From positions 15,817-79,816 of the IMG/VR virus record IMGVR_UViG_3300046615_000768: 64,000 nt of DNA. The stretch is one strand, 5' to 3'. The notes beneath the pieces are model-generated. The model saw nothing but the letters and a program-made list of their open reading frames with translations, did no database searches and was not told where the DNA came from. This stretch comes from a virus (taxonomy: Duplodnaviria; Caudoviricetes). Made by a program: the position numbers and the translations under genes. This document shows positions 28,376 to 36,468 of the stretch, one piece after another (the first letter of the stretch is position 1; each line of letters opens with the position of its first letter).

Positions 28376-30086
28376 ATGGCAGGTCAAGTCTGGCTCACCA
28401 ACAGCCTGGGTAAATGAAAGCTGCCCCGTCGCCGAGCAATCGGTGACTGATAATTGCGTGAATTGACAGGGAACCCCGACCGCGTAAAGGCGAGGGCAAT
28501 CTGCAGCCAAGCGCCGCGCAAGCGGTGAAGGTTCAACGATCATCCCCGAGGGGGGAGTAGGGCCAAGTGGCCCGAAGCGCGCAACGTCCCAAGCGGACGA
28601 TGAAATGATCTGGTCTTGCAGGTAACTGCAAGCTGCCGATGTGGGAATCGGCGGCGCCGGCGTAACGACCCGGCGTGAACTCATCAGGGCTATATGTGGT
28701 CCCCCAACCTCTCCAAAGTGCTGCGCATGGCAGTGCAGCCCCTCACCAAGTTCCGCCAGTTCAGCGACATCAAGGATGCCGCTGTCCAGGGCAAGGGCAT
28801 GGGCGAGGCGTTCCATTAACATACTGGTGGAACTAAAACCGACTCTGATTGACTTCAACCCCCGGCAGCGGGAAAGAAGGGGCAAGCAAGCCGCAAGGCT
28901 GTGCAGCCTGAGAGACTAAGCGAGTTGGCCCCGGCAACGGGGATGCGATAGTCCGAACACGGCATATAACCTGATGAAAGCCGTGAGGTGGCAGAAATGA
29001 CCACCCGCCAGCGTCAACCACGCTGGTCATCAAGTAACAGACTGTGGAACGTTTACAGCGATGTGGCAACGCAAGGCACCACCCTCACCGAGGGCGTCGC
29101 CATGCCGACCACGAACTTCGTGATCACGCAGGGCACGATGACGGTCACGGAACTCGGCAATAGTGTTCCGTACAGCTCCAAGCTGGACGACCTGTCGGAG
29201 CAGCCGGTCAAAGAGATCATCTCGAAGGTGTTGAAAAATGACGCGAAAAAGGCGTTCGACACCGCAGCCGAGGCGCAGTTCCGCCTCACGCCGCTGCGCG
29301 TCGTGCCAACCGGCGGCACCTCCACCAGCTCGGTCACGTTGACCACCAACGGCACCGCCGCTGCGGCCAACAACGTCGCTCTGGGCAAGAACCACGTGAA
29401 GTCGATCGTCGACATCATGAAAGAACGAAACGTGCCGCCGTATCTGCAGGACGACTACATTTCGCTCGCCCACCCGACGACCTTCCGCCAGGTGAAGAAC
29501 GATCTGGAGCAGGTCCACCAGTACGTCGATCAGGGTTTCCAAATGATCCTGAACGGCGAGATCGGCCGATACGAAAGTGTCCGCTTCGTGGAGCAGACCA
29601 ACATCAGCAAGAGGGGCTTCGCATCGGGCGCCTCGAACTGGGCGTATTTTTTTGGGGCCGATACCGTGGCAGAAGGCATCGTTATTCCTGAGGAGATGCG
29701 CGGGATGATCCCAGGCGACTACGGTCGTCAGCGTGGCGTGGCATGGTACTACTTGGGTAAATAACACTGCCCCGTTCTGGCGAAAGCCAGGACTGATAAC
29801 TTCGTGAACTCAGGGGAACTCCCACCCGCACCATGCGGAGGACAATCCTGATCTGAGCCCCGCAAGGGGAAAGAGCAACGACCATCCCGGAAGCGGGAGT
29901 AGGGCCAAGCGGCCCGAAGTGCGAAGCGCCTTCACTGGCGATGATATGGTCTGATCTTGCAGGTAACTGCAAGCTGCCGAGAGGCGGCGCAGGGAGTAGC
30001 GACCCGGCGTGAACATAATGGGTTTCGGTATCGTCCACACCAACCCGCAGCAGTCGCGGATCGTGATGTGGGACTCGACGACCTAA
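28376..30086 (+). CDS. Major capsid protein (resembles N4-gp56 family), spliced: join(28376..28411,28688..28816,29045..29758,30021..30086), 314 aa
   Basis: AGGAG RBS; spliced product MAGQVWLTNSLG|GYMWSPNLSKVLRMAVQPLTKFRQF...GEAFH|WNVYSDV...GEIG.YE.VRFVE...DYGRQRGVAWYYLG|GFGIVH...WDSTT* is one continuous frame. Confidence 0.9.
28412..28687 (+). ncRNA. Group I self-splicing intron 1 (276 nt, IA2-like, no ORF)
   Basis: Exon ends in U, intron ends in G; P1 GGGU/GCCC; P7 GAUCA(28538-42)/UGAUC(28606-10); P7.1/P7.2 hairpins; P9 CUUGCAG-GUAA-CUGCAAG. Confidence 0.9.
28817..29044 (+). ncRNA. Group I self-splicing intron 2 (228 nt, no P7.1/P7.2, no ORF)
   Basis: P1 UUCCAU/GUGGAA(28827-32) with U.G at the splice site; canonical GAGAGACUA...AUAGUCC P7 (28914-18/28949-53); terminal G. 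Confidence 0.9.
29759..30020 (+). ncRNA. Group I self-splicing intron 3 (262 nt, paralogue of intron 1, no ORF)
   Basis: P1 GGGU/GCCC(29769-72); P7 GACCA(29880-84)/UGGUC(29947-51); same P7.2 and P9 as intron 1; terminal G. Confidence 0.9.
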
Positions 30087-30105
30087 CAGTCGTCGGCGTC
30101 ACCTG

Positions 30106-30137
30106 AAAGCCTGTCCCTTCGGGGGCAGGCTTTTTTT
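30106..30137 (+). terminator. Rho-independent terminator after the capsid gene (possibly bidirectional)
   Basis: AAAGCCTGTCCC-TTCG-GGGGCAGGCTTT plus T run. Confidence 0.85.
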
Positions 30138-30154
30138 ACAGCTTCACCAGACAA

Positions 30155-30646
30155 CTAGTGGACCTTCGGATTCGGCTTGGCCGATGCGAAGAGCTTCAGG
30201 ACATCATCCGCAGCGCCGTCACCGAACATGCAATCCTCGGACAACGCCTGGTCCACTTCGCAGTAAGCGTCAAGCGCCTTGCAGGCGCGCGCAAACGATA
30301 AGACGAGCGACCCAGCCATCGAATACGGGTGGGCCACGTCCAGATCAAGCTCACTGCCGGCGAAGTGCATCGCCGTCGCCACCACGTGATGCACCTCGAT
30401 ATACGGGTTCATGTATTGCGAACCAGGAGCGGCACCCTCGTCGGCCACGCGCACGGCGTCCCGGATGACCGCCCTCGCCGCTGAAAAGGCGGAAAGAACA
30501 TCGCGGGTAGCAGCGAGCGTGTCGCCGTCATAGGCCTTTGCGCTCTTGATGCACTCGTGCGCCGCGCTCAATGCCCGCAGCGCGATTGCATCGTTTTCAG
30601 CTTCCGAAAATTGAAGCCATTCCGTTTTTTCCATGTGCCGCTCCAT
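30155..30646 (-). CDS. Hypothetical accessory (moron-like) protein
   Basis: Single antisense gene with less biased codon usage; ends at the capsid terminator. Confidence 0.5.
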   Translation of the reverse strand: MERHMEKTEWLQFSEAENDAIALRALSAAHECIKSAKAYDGDTLAATRDVLSAFSAARAVIRDAVRVADEGAAPGSQYMNPYIEVHHVVATAMHFAGSELDLDVAHPYSMAGSLVLSFARACKALDAYCEVDQALSEDCMFGDGAADDVLKLFASAKPNPKVH

Positions 30647-30710
30647 CAGGTTGGGGAGCGCCGATTCTAGCCGTAGTTGTGACCAAAAGAAACGCTACAA
30701 GGAGATTATT

Positions 30711-30923
30711 TTGACCATCGAGAACAGCACCCTGAACGACAGCCGCGCCCTGCGCGAATCGAACGCCAGCTACAGCGGCGCATCGGGCGACGGCTGCCCC
30801 GACGTGGCGACCCTGAAACGCGGGTTCGCGGAGCTGCCAGATCCGGCCCCGACGTTCACGCCGTTCGCCGAAGCCCTCGACAAGGGCGGCTTCCTGACCC
30901 GGCCCCAGGGCTGGGAACGCTAA
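30711..30923 (+). CDS. Small hypothetical virion-region protein
   Basis: AAGGAG RBS with TTG start inside track ORF 30633..30923. Confidence 0.6.
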   Translation: MTIENSTLNDSRALRESNASYSGASGDGCPDVATLKRGFAELPDPAPTFTPFAEALDKGGFLTRPQGWER

Positions 30924-30962
30924 GCACACACCGTCGTATCCACCCCCACCAAGGAGAACAGC

Positions 30963-31187
30963 ATGTCCGATTCCAACTACAAGCCAGACGACACCGGCTT
31001 CGTGCACGGCGACCGCAAGCCGATGCCTGACCGTGGCACCACCACCGGCATGACCGGCTACAACACCCACGGCGAAGGCATGGGCCTCGGCCAGGACGAC
31101 ACGAACTCGATGGGCTCGATCACCGGCGCGACCGGCAGCGACGCCATGGAGAAGTGCTACGCCACCGACCCGAAAGGCTCGAAATAA
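30963..31187 (+). CDS. Small Gly/Thr/Met-rich protein
   Basis: AAGGAG RBS. Confidence 0.6.
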   Translation: MSDSNYKPDDTGFVHGDRKPMPDRGTTTGMTGYNTHGEGMGLGQDDTNSMGSITGATGSDAMEKCYATDPKGSK

Positions 31188-31438
31188 TGGCGGCGCCGAC
31201 TTTCGACCGAAACCGTCCACACGGCACCGTGTTCGGCGACCCCGAAGGACGCATCTACCACCAGGGCGATCATTTCTTCCGTGGTGACGGCACGCTCTGG
31301 ACCGAGCAGGCCACCGCCCAGCCCGACGCCGACGAACCGGCCAAGCCAGTGTCGACCAAGAAGAAGACAGCCGCCGCGGCCGATCCGGCGCCGGCCGCAG
31401 TCGATGCGCAGCTCGACGCACAGATGGGTGCCGCTTGA
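31187..31438 (+). CDS. Hypothetical protein (MAAPTFDRNRPHG...)
   Basis: TAATG overlap; Y.Q.DH.F..DG motif. Confidence 0.6.
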   Translation: MAAPTFDRNRPHGTVFGDPEGRIYHQGDHFFRGDGTLWTEQATAQPDADEPAKPVSTKKKTAAAADPAPAAVDAQLDAQMGAA

Positions 31439-33072
31439 TCTGGCGCGCCACCGACAGGGAGGGCGAGGAATCCCGAAAATTCAAGTACGAGGTCGTGCAG
31501 TACACGCGCGGCCTCGGCCTTGATCTCGGCTGCGGACCCCACAAGGCTTTCCCGCACATGATCGGCGTGGACAGCAAGAAGGACACCGAGCTGTTCGGCA
31601 TCCAGATGGAGCCCGATAACGTCGTCGACGACGCCTCGAAGCTGCCCATGATCCCGGACGGGAAACTGGACTTCGTGTTCTCCTCGCACCTGCTGGAACA
31701 CATCGAGGACTATCGCGCGGCCCTGGCCGAGTGGTGGCGCGTCATCAAGGCCGGCGGCCACCTGGTGCTGTACCTGCCAGACCGCAACCTGTACCCGAAC
31801 ATTGGACAACCGGGCGCGAACCCGGACCACAAACACGACTTCATCCCCGACGACATCGTCGAAGCCGTCACCAGCCTCGGCACGGGTTACGACCTGATGA
31901 TGAACGAGGTGCGCGACGAGCGCGACGAATACTCCTTCCTGCTGGTGTTCAGGAAGCGCGAGGATGGTTTGTACACCTATCCGTGCGACGACGTAGCAAC
32001 GACGGAAGGCTCGTCGTGGCCGGCCAAGACCGTGTGCGTGTCGCGCTTCGGTGGCTTCGGCGACATGCTCATGATGAGCAATATCCTGCCGCAGCTGAAA
32101 CGCGAGGGCTATCACGTCACCGTCAACACCACGCCCAAGGGCATGAGCATCGTCGAACACGACCCGAACATCGACGCGTTCCTGCTGCAGGACGACAACC
32201 AGGTGCCGAACCACGAGCTGCCGCTGTTCTGGGACGCGATCTCGCGCCGCTACGACAAGTTCATCCAGCTCTCCGAAAGCATCGAAGGCACCTTGCTCGC
32301 CATCCCCGGCCGCGCCAATCACATGTGGCCGCACAAGGTCCGCCACATGGAGTTGAACCGCAACTACCTCGAATGGACTTCGCAGCTGGCCGAGCTGCCT
32401 TACCACTCGGAAGCGAAGTTCTACCCGACCGACCACGAACGCGCCAAGCAGGCCGGCTACCTGGGCGGCATCCGTGCCAACCTCGTGCCGAAAGGCGACG
32501 AAATCCTGATCGGCCAGGCCTCGCCCGACGCCTTCTTCATCATGTGGGCGCTCGCCGGCTCCTCGATGCACAAGTTTTATCCGCACATGGACGCTGTCAT
32601 CGCGCGCGTGCTGATGGAAATGCCGGAAGCCATCGTGATCCTCGCCGGCGACGAGCCGTGCCAGATCCTCGAAGCGGGCTGGGAGCTGGAGCCGCGCGTG
32701 TACCGCATGTCGGGCAAGCAGACCATCCGCGAGACGCTGACGCTGGCGACGATGGTTGACCTGGTTGTCGGTCCCGAGACGGGCGTGCTGAACGCCGTCG
32801 CGTTCGAGGACAACGCCAAGATCGTGCTGATGTCGCACTCGTCCATCGAGAACCTGACCAAGCACTGGACCAACGTGACGAGCCTGTCGGCGCCGTTCGA
32901 CCCGGACAACCGCGTCTGCAACAATCAAAGTTGCCACCGCCTGCACTACGGCTCGGCCTTCTGCGTCGAGGACAAGGACACCGGCGCCTCGGCCTGCCAG
33001 GTGGCGATCCCGCCGCTGTGGGTGTTCAGCTCGATCGAGAACGCCTACCGCGCGTGGAAGGAGGCCAAATGA
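31435..33072 (+). CDS. Class I SAM methyltransferase fused to a GT9-like glycosyltransferase
   Basis: GLDLGCG, DFVFSSHLLEH, W.RV.K.GG.LVLYLPD; then RFGGFGDMLM and DLVVGPETGVLNA. Confidence 0.8.
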   Translation: MIWRATDREGEESRKFKYEVVQYTRGLGLDLGCGPHKAFPHMIGVDSKKDTELFGIQMEPDNVVDDASKLPMIPDGKLDFVFSSHLLEHIEDYRAALAEWWRVIKAGGHLVLYLPDRNLYPNIGQPGANPDHKHDFIPDDIVEAVTSLGTGYDLMMNEVRDERDEYSFLLVFRKREDGLYTYPCDDVATTEGSSWPAKTVCVSRFGGFGDMLMMSNILPQLKREGYHVTVNTTPKGMSIVEHDPNIDAFLLQDDNQVPNHELPLFWDAISRRYDKFIQLSESIEGTLLAIPGRANHMWPHKVRHMELNRNYLEWTSQLAELPYHSEAKFYPTDHERAKQAGYLGGIRANLVPKGDEILIGQASPDAFFIMWALAGSSMHKFYPHMDAVIARVLMEMPEAIVILAGDEPCQILEAGWELEPRVYRMSGKQTIRETLTLATMVDLVVGPETGVLNAVAFEDNAKIVLMSHSSIENLTKHWTNVTSLSAPFDPDNRVCNNQSCHRLHYGSAFCVEDKDTGASACQVAIPPLWVFSSIENAYRAWKEAK

Positions 33073-33500
33073 CCATCATCGCCTACGACGGCCGCACGCT
33101 GGCCACCGACAAGCGCGCAACCCAGGTGGGCTACCCGCTCACCGTGACGAAGCAACGGCGCACCCCGGATGGCATGGCCGCAGCCTCGGGCGACTCGGAA
33201 ATCACCTCTGGCCTGCTGACGTGGGCCGAGAAGGGGAGAAAGTACGAGGACTTCCCGGCAGCGGCCAAGGCCAACAACAACGCGCAGCTGTTCGTCGTCA
33301 CGCACGAAGGCGAAAAGCTGCTGTACTGCGGCCAGCCCGACCCGATCCGTCTCGAAGACCGCTTCCTGGCCTTCGGCAGCGGGCGCGACTACGCGCTCGC
33401 CGCCATGCACCTGGGCCACGACGCCAAGACGGGCGCGCAGGTCGCCTGCGACCTCGATGTTTTCTGCGGCAACGGCATCGACACGATGGAACTGCCGTAA
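33069..33500 (+). CDS. HslV/proteasome-like Ntn-hydrolase
   Basis: M-T-IIAYDG..LA.D N-terminus, FGSG..YALAAM..G, A...D..CG.G; ATGA overlap. Confidence 0.65.
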   Translation: MTIIAYDGRTLATDKRATQVGYPLTVTKQRRTPDGMAAASGDSEITSGLLTWAEKGRKYEDFPAAAKANNNAQLFVVTHEGEKLLYCGQPDPIRLEDRFLAFGSGRDYALAAMHLGHDAKTGAQVACDLDVFCGNGIDTMELP

Positions 33501-33513
33501 CTCTGGAGCGACC

Positions 33514-34176
33514 ATGCAGCTGATCGACCTGATTAACCTGTTCCGCCGCGAGGTGGACGACACCGTTGCGCCCTACCTCTGGTCGGACGAGGAGATCATC
33601 GACTTCGCCAACGACGCCCAGGACGAGGCGTGCCGGCGCGCGCGCCTCCTGATCGACTCGACCACGCCCGAGCTGTGCCAGCTGAACGTCCCGCTGGCCA
33701 ACGAGGGACTGGTCCTGCTCGATGAGCGCACGCTGTTCGTGCGCCACGCGCGCATCGAAGGCGGGCACCGCGCGCTGCAACGCGCGACCGTGCGCGACCT
33801 CGACGCCAAGCACTGGAACTGGCGCGACCACCCGCCGCGCCCGCCCGTGGCCTTCGTAACCGACTACGAGACGGGCAAGCTCTTGCTCTGGCCACGCCCC
33901 GACACCGACGTGACGCTGCGCCTGACGGTCGTGCGCCTGCCGCTGGTACAGATGAACGACGGCCAGGACCGGCCCGAGATCAACCCGCGCCTGCAACGCT
34001 CGCTGCGCTTCTGGATGATGTTTCGCGCCTACAGCAAGCAGGACAGCCAGGCCAACGACCCGAAGAAAGCGGCCGACAGCCTGGTCCTCTTCGAGCAGGA
34101 GTTCGGCAAGAAGTCCTCGGCCATCGACGAGACGTGGATCGAGCGCGAGCAAACCGATGAAGACGGCACCTTTTAA
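33514..34176 (+). CDS. Head-tail adaptor protein
   Basis: L...FR.EVDD...PYLWSDEE...FANDAQ.EACRR; GGAG RBS. Confidence 0.7.
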   Translation: MQLIDLINLFRREVDDTVAPYLWSDEEIIDFANDAQDEACRRARLLIDSTTPELCQLNVPLANEGLVLLDERTLFVRHARIEGGHRALQRATVRDLDAKHWNWRDHPPRPPVAFVTDYETGKLLLWPRPDTDVTLRLTVVRLPLVQMNDGQDRPEINPRLQRSLRFWMMFRAYSKQDSQANDPKKAADSLVLFEQEFGKKSSAIDETWIEREQTDEDGTF

Positions 34177-34189
34177 TCAGGGAGACACC

Positions 34190-34351
34190 ATGTCCGGCTA
34201 CAAATACTGGCAGATCGTGCTGAGCACGAAGGCCTGGCGCGCCATCGACGCCGCCACCGGCATCGACCCGCTGCACGCATTCGGCCGCGGCGCCGTCCTC
34301 GGCGCACTCATCGCCGCTCTGGTCACGCTGGCGGTGTCGTGGCTGATGTAA
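34190..34351 (+). CDS. Small membrane protein
   Basis: C-terminal hydrophobic helix; GGAG RBS. Confidence 0.4.
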   Translation: MSGYKYWQIVLSTKAWRAIDAATGIDPLHAFGRGAVLGALIAALVTLAVSWLM

Positions 34352-35532
34352 GTTTCGGCGCCTTCGCCGGCATCCGCAACACGGTCCCGGCCGAACGGCT
34401 CGAAAGCGCGGACCTGACGGCGGCCGTCAACGTCGATATCGACAACGGCGGGCGTGCGCAGCGCCGCCCAGGCACCGAAATGCGCCTGCCGGGCCCGGCC
34501 CACTCGCTCTGGTCGCAGGGCGAACACTGCCTGTTCGTGCGCGGCGACACGCTGCACCGCCTGCACCTCGACTACGCCATGAGCATCCTCGCCACCGGCC
34601 TGACGCCGGACCTGCCGATGAACTATCAGGAGGTCAACGGGCGCGTCTACTGGTCCAACGGGGTAGAGACCGGCGTCGTCGCCGAGGAGGGAAGCCGCAG
34701 CTGGGGCATCCCCGTGCCCGATCTGCCGGACGTGTCGCCGATCCGGGGCACGCTCTCTGCCGGCCAGTACCAGCTGGCCCTCACTTACCTGCGCAGCGAC
34801 GGGCAGGAATCCGGCACCGGCATGGCCGCGCAGCTGACGCTGGCCGAGGCCGGCGGCGTGCGCGTGCTCTGGGACACCCCGCAAGACCCAACCATCATCG
34901 AAGTGGCCGTCTACATCACCGAACCGAACGGCAAGGTGCTGTACCAGGCCGGGATCGGCGACGTGGGCGACCGCGGCGCCGACATCACCAGCATTCGCCT
35001 GTCCCTGCCGTGCGACACGCAGTGGCTCGACGCCCCGCCCGCCGGCCAGTGCCTGGCATACCACCGTGGCCGCATCCTGATCGCCGTCGGTGCGCACCTG
35101 TTCACCACGACCGCGCTCGGCTACGAGTACGTCGACATGCGCGACTACCTCGCCATCGACGACACCACGATCCGCTTCCTCGCCGGCGTCGAGCACGGCA
35201 TCTACGTCGGCACCGAGAAGAACGTCTACTTCCTCGCGGGCGACCGCCTGGAGGACATGACGATGAAGGTCGCCGTCGAGGGCGCGGCCGTCGCGCGCTC
35301 GGTTGTCTACGCCGACGGCTTCGCCGCCACCGGCAACGCCGCACTGGCCGGCCAGCAGGTCGTGCTGTTCGCGTGCGCGGCCGGTGTCTGCATGGGCACC
35401 GTCGACGGCACGATCGTCAACATCACCGGCGAACGCTACCGCTTCACGAGCGCCCCGACCGGCGCGGCCGCACTGCGCCAGAGCGACGCCCTGAGCATGT
35501 ACATGCTGTTCATGCCCGAAGCGAATCCGTAA
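34339..35532 (+). CDS. Tail stabilisation/nozzle-like beta-propeller protein
   Basis: F.GIRN....L..AVNVDID..G...RRPG N-terminus; beta-rich. Confidence 0.65.
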   Translation: MADVSFGAFAGIRNTVPAERLESADLTAAVNVDIDNGGRAQRRPGTEMRLPGPAHSLWSQGEHCLFVRGDTLHRLHLDYAMSILATGLTPDLPMNYQEVNGRVYWSNGVETGVVAEEGSRSWGIPVPDLPDVSPIRGTLSAGQYQLALTYLRSDGQESGTGMAAQLTLAEAGGVRVLWDTPQDPTIIEVAVYITEPNGKVLYQAGIGDVGDRGADITSIRLSLPCDTQWLDAPPAGQCLAYHRGRILIAVGAHLFTTTALGYEYVDMRDYLAIDDTTIRFLAGVEHGIYVGTEKNVYFLAGDRLEDMTMKVAVEGAAVARSVVYADGFAATGNAALAGQQVVLFACAAGVCMGTVDGTIVNITGERYRFTSAPTGAAALRQSDALSMYMLFMPEANP

Positions 35533-35573
35533 AAAGCCCGTAAAAACCCCGTATTTCCCCGTTGTACCCGATG

Positions 35574-35595
35574 CCCGCGCCTGCGGGTTTTTTTT
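35574..35595 (+). terminator. Rho-independent terminator
   Basis: CCCGC-GCCT-GCGGG plus T8. Confidence 0.65.
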
Positions 35596-35645
35596 CGTCC
35601 GCAGTCTGCCCGCCATGTGCGGGCATTTTCTTTTGGAGAAACACC

Positions 35646-36416
35646 ATGACCTTGCGCATTTCGACCGCCTTGCGGAACCACGTCCTGTCCGGCGGGTCCC
35701 TCAAGGACACCCTCAACGGCGGCAAAATCCTGATCTACTCGGGCGCCCAGCCAGCCACCGCCGACGCGGCCCCGACCGGCACGCTGCTGGCCACGATCAC
35801 CGCCAACTCGCTGGCCCACACGGCAGAAGTACAGGCGACCGGCACGATCACCCTGTCCGGCTCGGCCGGCTCGGTCGATGGTGTCACCGTTGATGGCGTG
35901 TCCATCATCGACACGGCCGTGCCATTCGATACCTCGCTCGCTGTCACCGCTGCCAACCTGGCCGCCGCGATCAACAGCTCGGCGTCGAACCCCGAGTACA
36001 CCGCGAGCGCTGCCGGCGCCGTCGTCACCATCAAGGCCAAGCGCGGCGCGGGCAGCACCGCCAACGGCCTGGTCATCGCCGCCACGCTGACCACCCTGAC
36101 GGCGACCTATGCGGCCCTGTCGGGCGGCGTGAGCGCTGCCAACGGCCTGAAATTCGGTTCCGCTGCCGCCGGCGTGCTGCCAAAGCTGCCGGCGCAGGTC
36201 TGGTCCGGTGCGGCCGTCGCCACCGGCACCGCTGGCTGGTTCCGTTTCGTCGGCGCCGTGGCTGACTCGGGCGCGCTCGACGCCGCCGAGAACGAGATCC
36301 GCCTGGACGGCTCGATCTCGACCTCGGGCGCGCAGCTCAACATGTCGTCGACCACCGTGACGGCGTCGGCTACGCAGACCATCGCCAGCTTCCCGATCAC
36401 GCTGCCGACCTCGTAA
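35646..36416 (+). CDS. Tail-associated structural protein
   Basis: GGAG RBS; ISTALRN..L...I.IYSG.QPA.ADA..TGTLL.TI ... GTAGWFR...RLDGS.STSGAQLN. Confidence 0.7.
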   Translation: MTLRISTALRNHVLSGGSLKDTLNGGKILIYSGAQPATADAAPTGTLLATITANSLAHTAEVQATGTITLSGSAGSVDGVTVDGVSIIDTAVPFDTSLAVTAANLAAAINSSASNPEYTASAAGAVVTIKAKRGAGSTANGLVIAATLTTLTATYAALSGGVSAANGLKFGSAAAGVLPKLPAQVWSGAAVATGTAGWFRFVGAVADSGALDAAENEIRLDGSISTSGAQLNMSSTTVTASATQTIASFPITLPTS

Positions 36417-36468
36417 TCGCCGCACCACCGCACCACCGCAGTAACGGGCAACGACCGGAGACAGGTTC

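Noticed and set aside
28988-29044. Track start MAEMTTRQRQPRWSSSNRL of the capsid fragment
   Set aside because: These 19 codons lie inside intron 2; real coding resumes at TGG 29045
29759-29764. Apparent capsid stop (…YYLGK*)
   Set aside because: AAA TAA is the start of intron 3; the C-terminus continues at 30021
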